Assembly (NCBI RefSeq): GCF_006345805.1
Contig: NC_043000.1
Coordinates: 96,038,001-96,102,000, forward strand
DNA length: 64,000 nucleotides
Direction of reading: 5' to 3'
Origin: Octopus sinensis
Lineage: Eukaryota
The position numbers and the translations under genes were made by a program. A model generated the notes under the pieces. The model did not search any database and was not told where the DNA came from. It worked only from the letters and a program-made list of their open reading frames with translations. Every line of letters begins with the position of its first letter. The first letter of the stretch is position 1. This document shows, in pieces, positions 25,141-38,733 of the stretch.

Positions 25141-25668
25141 GATAAAAACAGTGGTGATGAAATGTCTGGGTGAGACCTTCTAGGTACAAGGTGAGTAGAA
25201 CAGAGAAACCTGGATTGTGGGTGGGTGTAGATTGCAAGAGAATATGAAGGAGAGATGGGGAATGGGTAGTGGAGGGAAGGTAGGTAAAAGATTAGGTAGG
25301 ATTGAGGGGTGGAGTGAATGGTAGATAAGGGATGGGGGGATGACCAATGATGCAGGAGTTGGAGGAGGTAGGGGAGCTGGAGAAGTACCTTCTTTGTTTA
25401 CAAAAGACTAACTTTCAACCATTAATCATCAACAAGCTGGTCTTTAAACTGTTCTTTGAACCTGAGAATTTTTGATTAAATAGTTTAATTCTGACAAAAA
25501 AATTTTCTAAACTGATTGATGCTACTCATCACTATGCTCATATCAAATACCTAGGTGGTTGAATTTAAGCTGTTTCAATGAAAGCTATAACTCCATCTAG
25601 AAGATCTAGCTCCACTATGATCCCACTGAAGAGAGTTCCGTTGATGGTGGCCACAATGTTGGTATACT

Positions 25669-26069
25669 CTTTACTCTCTTTTTTACTGTTTTACTTGTTT
25701 CAGTCAGTTGACTGCGACCATGCTGGAGCACCGCCTTTAGTCGAACACATCGACCCCAGGACTTATTCTTTGTAAGCCTAGTACTTATTCTATCAGCCTC
25801 TTTTGCCAAACCGCTAAGTTACAGGGATGTAAACACACCAGCATCTGTTGTCAAGCGATGTTGGGGGGGGGGGACAAACACAGACACACAAACATATATA
25901 TATATACGACAGGTTTCTTTCAGTTTCCGTCTACCAAATCCACTCACAAGGCTTTGGTCGGCCCGAGGCTATAGTAGAAGACACTTGCCCAAGGTGCCAC
26001 GCAGTGGGACTGAACCTGGAGCCATGTAGTTCATAAGCAAGCTACTTACCACACAGCTACTCCTACGCC
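25669..26069 (-). mobile_element. SINE A1, young full-length copy
   Basis: Intact CpGs; TSD TATACT at 25663-25668 and 26070-26075; near-identical to the copies at 48992, 50242 and 56911. Confidence 0.92.
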
Positions 26070-26509
26070 TATACTGAAGAATCTAATCCAAACATGCTTA
26101 GTGTTTGATGATTATTCCACTGCCCATTATTGCCACAGCAACATAGTAAGACATCATGTGCTAAGAAACATCTACTCATCAATCTGATAATTGAAGAAGA
26201 CTTTACAGCTCTGTACATTGAATTTTCTCAACACTCAGCAAATATCCAGAAAGTAACACAAAAATACTCCCTGATTAAGGCACTGGTGAATGCTATGAAA
26301 TCCTTACTGCTTTTGGTTCAGCTGCTTTGTGATATACTTTAACTAAAGACAGGCAGTCACCACTTGCAATAGAAGTTGGCATGTTTACACTTATAACTTG
26401 AATATTGAAGCTGAATATAAACTGAACAAGACATTTGTTTCTCACCACAGTACAAGAATAAAAGTTAGGACAATAATGACTTACAACAAGACCAATTCTT
26501 TTTTTTTAT

Positions 26510-26760
26510 TTTTTATCTTTTACTTATTTCAGTCATTGGACTGCAGCCATGCTGGGCACTGACTTGAAGTGCTTAGTCAAACAAATTGATCTCAGTACTT
26601 GGTTCCACACAAATTCTGTCTACCAAATTTACTCATAGGGCATTGGTCAGCCTACGATTAGAGCAGAAGACATTTGCCCAAGGTGCCACACAGTGGAACT
26701 GAGTCTGAAACCATGTGTTTGCAAAGCAAGCTTCTTAACAACTTAACCATACATGTACCT
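26510..26760 (-). mobile_element. SINE A1, degenerate and internally deleted
   Basis: tttcagtcattggactgcagccatgctggg tail joined to the catttgcccaaggtgccacacagtgg head. Confidence 0.7.
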
Positions 26761-27959
26761 ATTTCATTTATTTCTTTTTATTCTAAATGTTAAGCTACAA
26801 GACTTTATTTTTATTATACATACACCTACATTTGACTAAATTCTTATTAAGTACATTTCTTTGATTTCCATGCTTTATCATTGTATTCTAGGTAACTATT
26901 TATTTTCCTTATATTCTAGTTTAAAAGAAAAACCTCAAAGGCTGTAAAGATTCCCCCCCCCATCCTTCCATCTATCTCAACTGACTGCAATCTGTTTACC
27001 TTCAACCCAAAATGTGCCAACTAAATTGACCACCTGAAGATATTTAGGTGAATTTACAAATTCAATATGGTAATGCCAGCAAGAGGAAGCAGCAGATATA
27101 TAATCACTCCACAAAAAGGAACTATTCGTTGTTAACTAATAAAAGCAGCAATTATTCAATTATCCATTTATAGTAGTTGTGTATCCTGGTAATTAAACAG
27201 TAACATCTCCAAGTAGCATAATGCAATATTACATTCAACTCGCACACAGCATACATTATGCTTCTGAAGGATTTATTTAATTTACTTATGCCTAATGATA
27301 AATGAGAATATTAAATCTAGTCTTATAACTTTGGTTTTAGTGAACATCTCAACTCAGGGGGCTTACTGCTAGAGAAATGTAGATGCAAATGCTAGCATGA
27401 AGAAAGGGGGATGTAGCTTAGAATGCAGAGATGTAAACTAAATTTAGATTATCTATTCCTTCTTATGGAAACAACTAGGTCAAATCACAATGTACCAGAT
27501 GACAGCTCATTTTCAATCAGCATTTCACCATGACACACATTCAATTGCTTATGAAATAAATAAATAAATATGCCAGAGGTTAGGTAATTCAAGAATGTAA
27601 TATGTTACAAAAGCTGCTCAACATAAGAAACTATTTAAAGAAAAGCATCTGCCTATTTGTAAGCCCCTTTCCTCCTTCCCCTCCTCCTCTCCTCCCACTT
27701 CTCTGCCAAGTATGTCAGTTGTCAGAAACTTGCTTAAAACAAAGCAGCATAACTAACTCAGAGTACCTCCTAAATATTTAAAGGAAACCAAGTCAGATTA
27801 TCAAAAAGGAAAAGAAACTCTTAACATATTTTTTAAAGAGAAATCAAAATTGTTCTCTACTCTACAATTATCAAGAGTCCCAGTAAATACAAAATGGAAA
27901 CTGAAGTTCAAAATCTCATGTATACTAGAACAAGCTTGTGCTGATATATTTCAAAATAG

Positions 27960-28515
27960 CACAAGGCTTACACCCTTCAACACTTGTTCTTCTTGATATT
28001 CATCCCTTCATCCATTCCTTATCTCTAGCCATCTCCCTCTCCCATACACGCTTGCAACTTCTCACTCACACACCTGTTCTCTCCCCACTCACTTCTAATC
28101 ACCTCCTATCTTGAGGATCCACCCTAACACCTCATCACCCCTACTTTTTTTCTTTCTCCAGCTGCATTTCGGCTTCTCACAACCTTTCTTCTACAATGTC
28201 AGCAGTTGTGTAGCTCCTCTACAGCAAAGAAACCTTCTATTCTGAATCCTCCTCTCTCACTTTAACTCCATTTCGTATCATAAAGCTGCCTCCCTCTCTA
28301 CTCTAACCCCACTCAGATGAAGGGGTTACGATAGTAGGACACCTTGCAAGATGCATGGTGACCTATTATTGCTGGTGCCATGAAAAACACACTCTATACA
28401 CACTGTAAAGTGGTTGGTGTTAGGAAAAGCAGTCCAGCCATAGAAACCCAGCCAAATTGTCCAGCCCATGTCAAATTGTCCTAACCCATGGAACATGGAT
28501 GTTAAATGATGAGTA
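27960..28515 (+). mobile_element. Family D repeat with RTE-type tail
   Basis: C/T-rich body, GTAGCTCCTCTACAGCAAAGAAAC block, ends ACCCATGGAACATGGATGTTAAATGATGAG. Confidence 0.65.
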
Positions 28516-30129
28516 TTAAGAAGAGTGAAGGCAAAGAGTATTGAATAAGTAAAAAAGAAATAATGATACTGTGAGTCCAAAGATCTTATAAATTGATAAT
28601 TAATATTATTTCAGTTATCTTGATAAGTACAGGTGGCAACTACCAGGCATGTTTTAGTCTTATAATCACCTCATCAGGAAGTAAACTGACAGAAACATTA
28701 CAAACTTGGACAAAATGTTTTGTAATATTTGTTTTTGATTTTTAAGTTTGACCTCAAATTCTGCCAAACACAGCTTTGCATTTCATTATTCTAGGAGTAA
28801 ATACAAAGTAATAATCCAGGGCAGTGGATTGACAGAATTATTGGAGCATTGAACATTAAATGCTTTGCAGTATTTGTGTTGGCTTTTTACATTTTATACG
28901 TTCACATTGAAGTGGTGAATGTGTTTGTAATTAGAAGACCAAATGGTGTCATGTAAAAGAATTAGCTGAAGAAAAAGCTATGGGAAACAACTAATGTATT
29001 TTCCCACTAAAATTCCATAAGTACACAACAAATGCACAGCACTTAAGGAAGCCATGGAAAAGAGAAGTTGTTTACTAACTGAATAGCACAGAGAAAAGAA
29101 TGACCTCATCTGCAAAATAAAGACTTCTTCCCCAACATGCTGAAATAGTGATAAATGAATCATTACTGAATTATTGTGCAAATGCAGAAAACTGTACACT
29201 GGTTGACATGGATAAACAGGCTTATTTGAAGAATGAATAACTCAGAGACGCCATCAATCTCAAGAATTGCCTATTATGACTAAATGCAAAAAATCTTTAA
29301 AACAAAGTAAACCAACAATAATGAAAGTACTTTTACAACTAAATAAATGTTGATATTTCAGTTCTAAGTAAATTGTTTCTTACAACTAAAATACAGTAAA
29401 TAATAACAAAGAAATATTATTGTTAAAGCTATTTCTGCCAGTTCTTCTCTTACTGGAAGACTATAAAAAAACTGGCTTATCTCTCAATAAAAACATGAAG
29501 GACTGAAAGACTAAGTACCATGAATAATTCATTGAATTTTCTTCATATCCTCACTTTCACCAAATATCAAGTTTTATCGATCATCAAAAGTTTTCTTTCA
29601 GTTCAGAGATGCCTTTTTGCCATAAGACTTTTTATAAGTAGACTAAAGTATGAACACCAATGGGCAAATATAAGCGGTTCCATGAATCAACAAAGAGCCT
29701 CTATGTGGCTGCTTGACTTGCTAGAAATATCAGCTGAATCTTTCTCAGAGTAAACCTCTACTATCTAAAAAAAAGAAAAGGACATATTGGACAATATAGT
29801 CCTAGATACATGTGCGTACACTCACACACACAAAAGATGAATAGTTATGGCTGAAATGGCTATGATAATAAGTCTGAAGAATGTTTGACCAGGGGCTAGA
29901 CAGCAACAGCATTAAAAGGTTTCCTGACCATTTCCAAAATGTTGCTTTAAACATAAACTCCTGGAAATAGTATTTTTTGTTTAACCCCAATAAAATACTT
30001 GATTCATGTAACACAAAGCACTCAACATTTTCTTTGGTTAAAGCTTAAGATTTCAACAAAGTGCATTATATTTCAAACTATGATAATATATATACATACA
30101 TATAAATGCTCCCTAAAGTAAAAGGTGTT

Positions 30130-30850
30130 CATTTCACTGAGAGTGTAATGGGTGCTTTTACGTGCCATTTGCATTGACACTGGGATGTGTTTACATGCCA
30201 ATTTGTGTGACACTGGTATATGCCACAACTGCAATCTTGTTCGGCTTCATGGGACTTCTCAAGCATGACATAAAGTCAAAGGTTTTCTTCTCAAGCACAA
30301 CATAAGGCCAAAAGTTTTTGCTATGTTAACTCTGAGGCCCTTCGATTTTAGACCTTGCTTCCATATCTGGAACTTCTCAAGTTCAGATAGTGATTCAGCT
30401 ATAAGAGCAAGGTCATCAGCATAGAGGAGCTCCCAGGGAAAGACTGTCTTGAATTCCTCTCTTATTGCCTGGAGGACTGATCCTTGGTGTACCCCTACTT
30501 GTACCTTAAATTCTTCACTGTACTCGTTACCCACCCTCACCTTACTGGTAGTGTCCCTGTACAAGACTTGTATGGCTCTCACCAACCACTTGTCTATGCC
30601 TAGTTTCCACATTGACCACCAGATAAGGGATCGGGGGACCCTATCAAAAGCTTTCTCCAAGTCAACAAAAGCCAGGTACAGTGGTTTATCTTTGGCGAGG
30701 GATTTCTCCTGCAGTTGCCTTACCAGAAATATAGCATCAGTTGTGATTCTTCCTGGCACAAAACCAAACTGCATCTCATCTAGACTAACTCTCTCCCTAA
30801 TTAGTTGGGCTACGACTCTCTCCATAACTTTCATCACCTGATCCAACAAC
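30130..30850 (-). pseudogene. RTE-clade LINE fragment: reverse-transcriptase core joined to 3' UTR
   Basis: ORF 30259-30849: QFGFVPGR.TTDAIF, LAFVDLEKAFDRVP, VGVHQGSVL, WELLYADDLAL. After RVNIAKT the sequence jumps to the RTE 3'-UTR (GGCACGTAAAAGCACCCATTACACTCTC). Confidence 0.93.
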
Positions 30851-31284
30851 TTGACGTCTTTTAGTAAAGATTAAATGGTTACTTCCTAAAGGACATTATC
30901 AAAGTCACTGGTCAAGAAATAAAAGCAAACTGTTCACCTAGATATGTATTATCCTGCACCTTTTTGGGGTGCTGATAACACAATAAAACCTTTAGTAATT
31001 AAATACTATAAATACCAATATTTCATTACACATGATGCTTATGTTTTTATGTACAACACTAAAGTGTTGAACTTATCTGTGTATGTAAAAGTTATTCAGT
31101 TGGTCATACTATATCATGGTTTCGCTTGGAATACAAATGGATATCCATGACTTTCACAAAACAGTTACTACAATGAAGTCTGTCTTTCCACTGAACACCT
31201 TGCAAATTCATTTGGATATCTATGTGACATATCTATAGTGACTTATTGGTCAATTCATCCTAATCCTTCTCTCTCTTTCCTTAT

Positions 31285-31519
31285 ATGTTTGTTTTATGGC
31301 TGTTTTCCCATGTTAGCATGGGTTAGATGAATACACATTGTTGAAGAATTGTTTTATAGTTAGATGACATGCTTGCTATATATTTTTACAAGTTTTTCAA
31401 GCCAGTGAGGTTTACATTCTGCATATCTTCAAAAGTGCAGAGCTACTGAATGATTTACTGACAGAAAAACGACAATGGAGATATTGATCATAGCTCATGT
31501 GATCACATAATGCAAATAT

Positions 31520-31559
<40 letters not shown>

Positions 31560-31700
31560 ATGCACAACTAGCTTCAAAGTGGCTATCAAATCCACTCCCA
31601 AAGCATTTATTGACCCAGAATAATAGAAGACACTTGCTCATGATGCCATGCAGCAGGACTGAATCCAGAACCATGTGGCTGTGAAACAAACATTCTCAAT
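31285..31700 (-). mobile_element. SINE A2, degenerate, with (CT)n(CA)n linker
   Basis: ttttcccatgttagcatgggttagatg tail; aaatccactcccaaagc...gacacttgctc...gcaggactgaatccagaaccatgtgg head. Confidence 0.6.
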
Positions 31701-34490
31701 ACACAGTGATGCCCCTCCCCACCTCCCACAGAACTAATGTTGTCTGACCCTCAGCCACTTTTCAACTATTTTTTTTCCTACTAAATTAACATTGCACTAG
31801 AATGGATCATATGAGCATGTTACTCTTCAATTGCTGCAAGTTCTCTGCGTTCAATGTCTATGGTTCACTATCATTGTATTTCTTTGTTTTGTTTCAATCT
31901 TGTCACTTTTTATGTCTTCTCTATCATATAACTGACTGCTTGGCTCCACCCACTAAAATGGTTATTAGGTTGCATGAATTATTCTTTAAAAATGTCCAGC
32001 TGTCCTCTATTCTTTAAAAATTCTGTCTCTTTTTCAAAGTATGTCAGCCAGCCTTTCAATTTCCACACTTATCTTCTACTTATGGTTATTCTCTTTACCT
32101 TCACCATTCTTGGTCTAATCTCACAAACCATTCATTTGTTTTGGAGGAGGACACATTCATCTCCAGGAATTGTCTGTGTTTCATGGTCATCTCTCTGTCA
32201 CTCCTATTAATTGGCAAGTTAGTAGATCTGATATTCAATGCCACCTGATAGATAAGCTAGTTAGCTGCCTAACTTTCATATGCATGTATTATCTATTATC
32301 GATATAGATTCATTCTTATTAAAGAACTCTTGACATACCTATGCTTCTTTCATCCAAGTGTTCCTTGATTATAGCCTCCACACAATAGTGTATCAACTTT
32401 AATGTTCTCCAACATCAACATTAATTTTCATTACTACTACTACTACTACTACTACTACTACATCCCAGTCAACTGAATTTTACAGTGTTGTCATAAGAGT
32501 CTTGTAAAAGTGGTTGGTATTCTTGTACTTGTTTTTTACAAACCATATTTAAAAAGACTGCAGCAACTGTTATATCACATTATAGTTCAGTTATATATTT
32601 AAAGATATAGCAAATATGCTATCTATTTTCTTATCTGTGAAGCATATACTTATACCACTAGTACTGTGTTACTAATTCACAATTTATACCATGCTCCTTC
32701 TCTGTAATCAATCTGATAAACCCATTTCTCTATTTTTGCTTCCTGCACATGCCAAGTTCACCAATATTTTAACCCCTGTTACAACTTCACCTTTATCTCA
32801 AATATCTTCATTATTAATAACCATTGTGAATACCATTATCAATCTGGTAATGATAAATATTCTTAATGACAGTCAGAGAATGCTCACACCTGACACTATC
32901 CCTACCATATGAACCATCATTAAATCACAAGCTACTGAGAATTGAATTATGGGTTTTGGCAGTAATTGCATGACTAGATACCCTCTATCATCAACTACTG
33001 CTGAAGAACACCAAGTTAAGTACTTCAACAGACATCCAGCATTTTGTTTTTTCTTTTGCATTTTGAAAGATTTTGGTCTAATGGGTGGGGAATGTCTACA
33101 TTTTGTTTGGCATAATTTACCAATCCCTTTTGAGGGACATTTTTTTTATTATTCCATATGAAATCATCTTCATGTCCTTTTTATTATAACTCACAAGATT
33201 TTGACAACATCTACTACTGCTCTATATCAATCTGTAAATTTGGGAACAATCTTGTTTTGAATTACGTAGAACAGTTGAGATGTGGCAAGAAATCAGCAAA
33301 TATATGCTTTAATTTTAAAGCAATATCCCTACACAGTAAAACACTAGCATTCAAACTTCAAGTTTGTCTGCTGCAATTACAGACACACAAATATCAAATG
33401 AGAGAAAACATTGCACCACATAGATGCCTATCAAAACTTTAAAGTAATACTTATCGTATTCAAAGCAACATGAGAAATTCAAAGAACATTTTGTCAAGAA
33501 ATTTATTCTAATTAATAAAAGCTAACATATACCATTGTATTTGTATCCAATGATTTAAAGATACTTATTTGAAAATGATTCATTCTGTAAGATATTTCCC
33601 TGAGAATGGCAAACCTTTCAATAGGATCCCACTGAATGAGAATGTCCAACGGTAGCAAAGAAAGATTGACACTGAGATAAAAGAAAGAAATCTAACTTGT
33701 AACAGACTGCATTAAAATATAAAGTGGATACATTTCTCAAATATTGCTGATGTAATGAAAAAAGTTATAAAATTATTACTGATGCTAAAACAAGTTTTTC
33801 AATGTGTAACTAGTGATGAATATATCTGGAGTATGCATTAGGGTATGCATCAATGATTCAATGTAATTTGTGCAGAATTTTTCACTATAGTTTCTTATAT
33901 AGAATGCCTGCTTCCAAGCGGCAATCTATTTGGAGGCAAAATATGCAAGCACTGATCTAGCTTTAAAATGTTGTCCCTTTTGGTACTAACCTGCCAGTGG
34001 CTACAATTCTTCACTATTTCAAAAATCAACTGAAATGAAATCAAGGCATTTCATCAGATACTTTTCTTGAAATATAGCTACTCCTACTAGATAAGAATGT
34101 CAGACCATTGTAGATTTTTATTGAAACAGAATTTGGACAAACAACAACAAACACTAATACCCTTTAAATGGCATACTTACTTAGCCCTTTTGATACCATC
34201 CTTGGCTCTATGATACAAATCCTTTCAAAATATAATCCAAATTTTAAAATCTTCCATTAAAATCTGTGCTACAAGTATTTGAGCTCGGACTCCAGTCTGA
34301 GATTAGTTTCTTCATTTTTTCCTACCAATAGCAGAAACCCTGGTGAATATTATGAATGCTACCCTTCCTCTACTAACATAAACCTTCAAAAATTTTGATA
34401 AAATGTTGCCTCTTCTCCCTAAGCTGCTGTAACTCACGTTTGACATCTATTCCACTTTTAGCTGATGTGAACCAATTAGCAGGTCTTTAA

Positions 34491-34711
34491 CCCTTTCATG
34501 ACCAACCTGGCTGAAAGCGGCTCTGGTTCTGAGTACAAATGTCTTGTTTTCATAAGTTTTGAATTAAAACCTTCCACCAAACCTTCGTCACAATTTATGT
34601 TCCTAACACTAGCTGAATGATAACTAAGTTAGTTTACTAAATTCTTTTGTTATATTTAAAGTAATTGAAAGAAATACAGAGCATCTCAAAATAAATACAG
34701 TAATGAAAGGG
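34491..34711. mobile_element. TTAA-flanked MITE family P2 variant
   Basis: TTAA|CCCTTTCAT ... ATGAAAGGG|TTAA; perfect 9-bp TIR; TTAA at 34487-34490 and 34712-34715. Confidence 0.85.
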
Positions 34712-35451
34712 TTAAACAGATCAGTAACAGAACTTAGCAAATTTTTTGTTAACAGAGTAACAATATAATTTATTCATTGTTGAAATAAAGGAAAAGAAAG
34801 AAAAAAAAGAATAAGATCTTTGGTGCGTGTGTGTGTGTGTCTGTATATACTTCTTAGAAGTTCCATTTACAGATGAAAAAGAAATTTAGACAATAAACAA
34901 CCAATAAAATTTTTTTATTTATATAATAAATTTTCTGAGGTAAAAAATTAAGTGACTATTGATGACGACAGCAACAAAAGGACTCTAGTTTTGTTGTGTA
35001 TAAATATTCATCCATACATGCACATTATGTGTACAAACATACATATCTATGTAATATAAGTGTGCTCATGTATGTATGCATCAACTGAAAATATAGTTTA
35101 AATTAATTCTGGAGTTAAAAAGCAACTGTGTGCATGTGTGCATGCAAATTTTTACACAATCGGTAATATTTTTAGACAATTTGGTAATATTGATCAATAT
35201 ATCGGCTACATAAATGTGTGGATTAATATATAATGTAACTAAACAAACCGACAATTTTATTTAGTTCACAGGATGAAGTAGAAGACACTTGTCTAAGATG
35301 CCTTGCAGTGGGACTGAACCAGAGACTACATGGTTGGGAAGCAAAGCTTCTTGATCACAAAGTCATACCTGCATATACATGTGTGTGTGTGTGTGTGTGT
35401 ATGTATGAATACAGACATACACAGACATGTGTCTATACATGTATTTATGCA

Positions 35452-35880
35452 GCTGCCTGACTAGCTCCCATGCCGGAGGGAATGTAAAAAGCACCATTCG
35501 AGCATGGTTGATGCCAGTACCTATTTCTTTATTACCCACAAGGGGCTGAACACAGAGGGGACAAACAAGGACAGACATAGGTATTAAGTCGATCACATCG
35601 ACCCCAGTGCGTAACTGGTACTTAATTTATCGACCCCGAAAGGATGAAAGGCAAAGTCGACCTCGGCGGAATTTGAACTCACAACGTAACGCAGACGAAA
35701 TACCGCTAAGCATTTCGCCCGGCGTGCTAACGTTTCTGCCAGCTCGCCTGGCACCCATGCTAATGGCACATAAAAAGCACTCACTACACTCTTGCAGTGG
35801 TTGGCATCAGGACACAAGTTCTCAGTCAAACCATCCAACCCATGCCAGCATGGGAAATGAATGTTAAACAATGATTGATA
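35452..35880 (+). mobile_element. RTE 3'-UTR fragment interrupted by a SINE B
   Basis: GCTGCCTGACTAGCTCCCATGCCGG..AAAAAGCACC on the left; resumes TGGCACCCATGC...ACCCATGCCAGCATGGGAAA..GTTAAACAATGA on the right. Confidence 0.75.
35519..35748 (-). mobile_element. SINE family B (Nin-domain-like), young full-length copy
   Basis: CpG-rich. Minus strand GGCGAGCTGGCAGAAACGTTAGCACGCCGGGCG...GAGTTCAAATTCCGCCGAGGTCGAC..GCCTTTCATCCTTTCGGGGTCGATAAATTAAGTACCAG. Confidence 0.9.
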
Positions 35881-36018
35881 TATATATATATACATAGTCC
35901 ATTTGAAAATATAATTTAAAACTGCTGTTGAGATTCAAACCCTTTATATCTATGTGTATTCATGTGTGTGTTTGTACATGTGCACACACACACACACACA
36001 CACACACGAGAGGGGGGT

Positions 36019-36051
<33 letters not shown>

Positions 36052-36289
36052 AAGAGAGAGAGTCATCATCACCTAGCAGGAAAGAAGAGAGAACTCTAAT
36101 GCCATCAGGGAAGTGTCCATCCTCAATGTCAAGTAAAGAAGTAAGTAGGAATTCCATACTGTGTACCCAGGATAAACAATGAACACACAAGTGTAGAATG
36201 GGAACATAGATAAGATGACAAAGAAAGTAGTCTTTGTATGTGGCAGATGTAAAGGAGTAGTTAACAGTAAGAGTACATGTAAAAATAGA

Positions 36290-37190
36290 TTCAAAGTTTA
36301 GAAGGCTCAAAAGAAGTAGCTGAAAGCTTTTGTTTCCTAGGTGACCTAATTAGCAGTAGAGGTGGGTATTCTGAATGTATAGTTGCCAGAGTAAGAAAGG
36401 GGTGGGTAAAAGTTCAGAGAACTATTAACTCTGAAGGCAACAAAGAGGTTCTTTCAGAGTGAAGGGCTGATTGTATGGTTGTATGAAGTGCGGTTAGTAG
36501 CATGGTAACATGATGTAAGCCTTGAAACATCCAACATATGTAAAGGCTGGCAACAATGAAGCATGCTAACCACTTTACAGAGTGTACTGAGGGCTTTTTT
36601 TCATGACACCAAACTTAGTGAGGTTTTCATGAAGCTTGGAAGACTAAGATCCCTTCAACTAGGGTAGGGCTACAATAGAGTGGGAAGCAACTTTATGCTA
36701 GAAAATAAGTTCAAGTATGGAAGAAAGGATCAGAATAGAACAGGTTTCTCGTTGCAAGGTGGCTTGATGGGATACTTACATTATAAAAACAAGGGTGGGA
36801 ACAACTGGTATGGAGTTGGAAAGAGTGATAAACAATGGCTGTGTAATACAAGCATGCATAAATAGTGGAGTGCAAATAAGCTGAGAGAAACATGAATATA
36901 AATGATTGGATATACAAGAGAGAACTGCATTGGTATAGACATGTGATACACACAGAGGGTGCAGTTGTATAAAGAAATGCCAAGCACTCCAAATGGACAG
37001 AACATATGGAAGAGAGACACCAAGGAAAACCTAAGGAGAAATAGTGAAGACTGACTTCAAGAGGCTGAAGCTCACAAAGGAGTTGACAAAGGGACTCTGA
37101 TAAGTAATAAAATGCTGTGCTACAAAAGACTTGCCCTACTCAAATGAGCATGGCAAAATGGTTGTAAAATGTTGGTGGTGGTAGTAGTGG
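36290..37190 (+). pseudogene. Decayed RTE LINE ORF C-terminal half
   Basis: ESFCFLGDLISS..G.SE.IVARVRKGW-like segment at 36320-36410 and a QERELHWYRHV...GR..PRKT-like segment at 36910-37040. Confidence 0.7.
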
Positions 37191-37837
37191 TGGTTCAAAT
37201 GTTTATTCTTTACATTTGGGTCTTTCCCATTCATTTGCTCATAACATTCTCTCACCTTCATCTCACTGTCTGTGAAATAATAAATGGTAATACACTGGAT
37301 CTGTTCATACTCAATCCCCAGCATCTTTCATCTTTACTACTGTGATTCATCATTGTGTGCTTGTGTGTGTATGCACATACATGCACGAGTGCGTGCACAT
37401 GCACACACATTCACGTATGTATGTGTGTGAGTGTGTAAACCCCTTCCTTTCTATCAATTGGACATATGAATATGCACACATAATTGTATGTATGCAAGTT
37501 TTTATAATAATGATACATAATGCCTGTTGAATTTGTGCACATGTATAACCATTGCAGGCAGGTTTGGCGGGTGTAGAATAGATATATCAATGTGCATTCA
37601 TGCAAGCTCCTATTTGGACATACATCTGCATATAAATGAAGACATGAGCATATGTGCCAGGATGTGCATTGATATTATTAATTCTGTGGTTGAAATGTAT
37701 ACATTCCTCCAATCACTGTTAGCACAGTGAAACAGAATTAAACCACTAATTACAACAACAGCAGCAACCCCACCATCACGATCAATACCACTGCCAACAA
37801 CAACAACAACATACAAATGATTTTAAAGATTACTTAC

Positions 37838-37949
37838 CCATCTCTTCCTTTGCTGATAATTTTTACTTCAAAGTAATATATACCACAAGATGCAGGTATT
37901 GGGTGGGTAGATCTCACACTGGCTGCATCTTTGGGAATTTTCCCAATCC
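37838..37949 (-). CDS. RANBP9: RanBP9/10 coding exon (112 bp, SPRY N-terminal part): (G)[36 protein letters not shown](G)
   Basis: Acceptor TTTTTTTATCTTTTCAG|GG at 37950/37949 and donor GATGG|GTAAGTA at 37838/37837. The peptide closely matches the RanBPM SPRY segment as I recall it ([38 protein letters not shown]). Phase 1 in, phase 2 out. Confidence 0.96.
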
Positions 37950-38290
37950 CTGAAAAGATAAAAAAACATGAAATATGGTGAAGAACAAATGAACAACATT
38001 CTAAAGTACATGCATTAAATATATAACAATTGGATAATATCGAAGCCAAATGCAAACTCAAGGAATTTGACCTACAATAATAGAGGTTTTCAGCATTTCA
38101 ACAATGCCAAATATTGCCAGATTCGTTTGTAAAAGGCAACAATGTAGGTTCCTCTCTCTCTCTTTACTTAATCTAATTAATGACTCAACATTGTTAAAGA
38201 TAACAAATGAGAAGTGTAGTTAAAAATAAACTGCCAATAATTTTCAACTGAAGACTCACAAATTTTTTTTTACTATCTTCCTTGAAGATA

Positions 38291-38671
38291 GGCACATGTG
38301 TAGCGGCATGGTAAGCTGTTTGTTTTCCAACCATATAGTTCCAAGTTCAATTCAACAGCATGGCACTTTGGGCAAATGTCTTCTACTAGAGCCCCAGGCC
38401 AACCAAAGCCTTGTGAGTGGATTTGATAGAGGGAAACTGAAAGAAACCAGCCATATATAGATGAACATATCTTTTCTTTTATCTTTTACTTGTTTCAGTA
38501 ATTTGACTGCAGCCATGCTAGAGTATATACCTTGAGAGGTTTCAATTGAACATATCAACCCCAGGATTTTTTTAAAGCCTAGTACCTATCCTAGTGGTGT
38601 CTTTTGCTGAACCACTAAGTTATGGGGATGTGAATGCACCAACACCAGTTGTCAAGTGGTGGTGGGAACAA

Positions 38672-38733
<62 letters not shown>

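Noticed and set aside
25195-25390. Purine/G-rich block as a dedicated G-quadruplex element
   Set aside because: It looks like the reverse orientation of the pyrimidine-rich body of repeat family D (cf. 16690-16920, 27990-28150); on the transcript it is C/U-rich.
30449-30841. 130-aa plus-strand ORF
   Set aside because: It is the antisense shadow of the RTE reverse-transcriptase frame.
33900-34130. Possible further mariner C-terminal remnant
   Set aside because: There is only vague peptide resemblance, with no TIR or catalytic motif I could verify.
37380-38014. UGCAUG (Rbfox) cluster around the 112-bp exon (37380, 37398, 37599, 38009)
   Set aside because: These sites lie mostly in decayed (CA)/(TG) low-complexity sequence, which generates this hexamer frequently throughout the window.
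37834-38061. 75-aa ORF starting at a non-ATG codon
   Set aside because: The N-terminal part is intron and polypyrimidine tract; the real exon starts after the AG at 37950.
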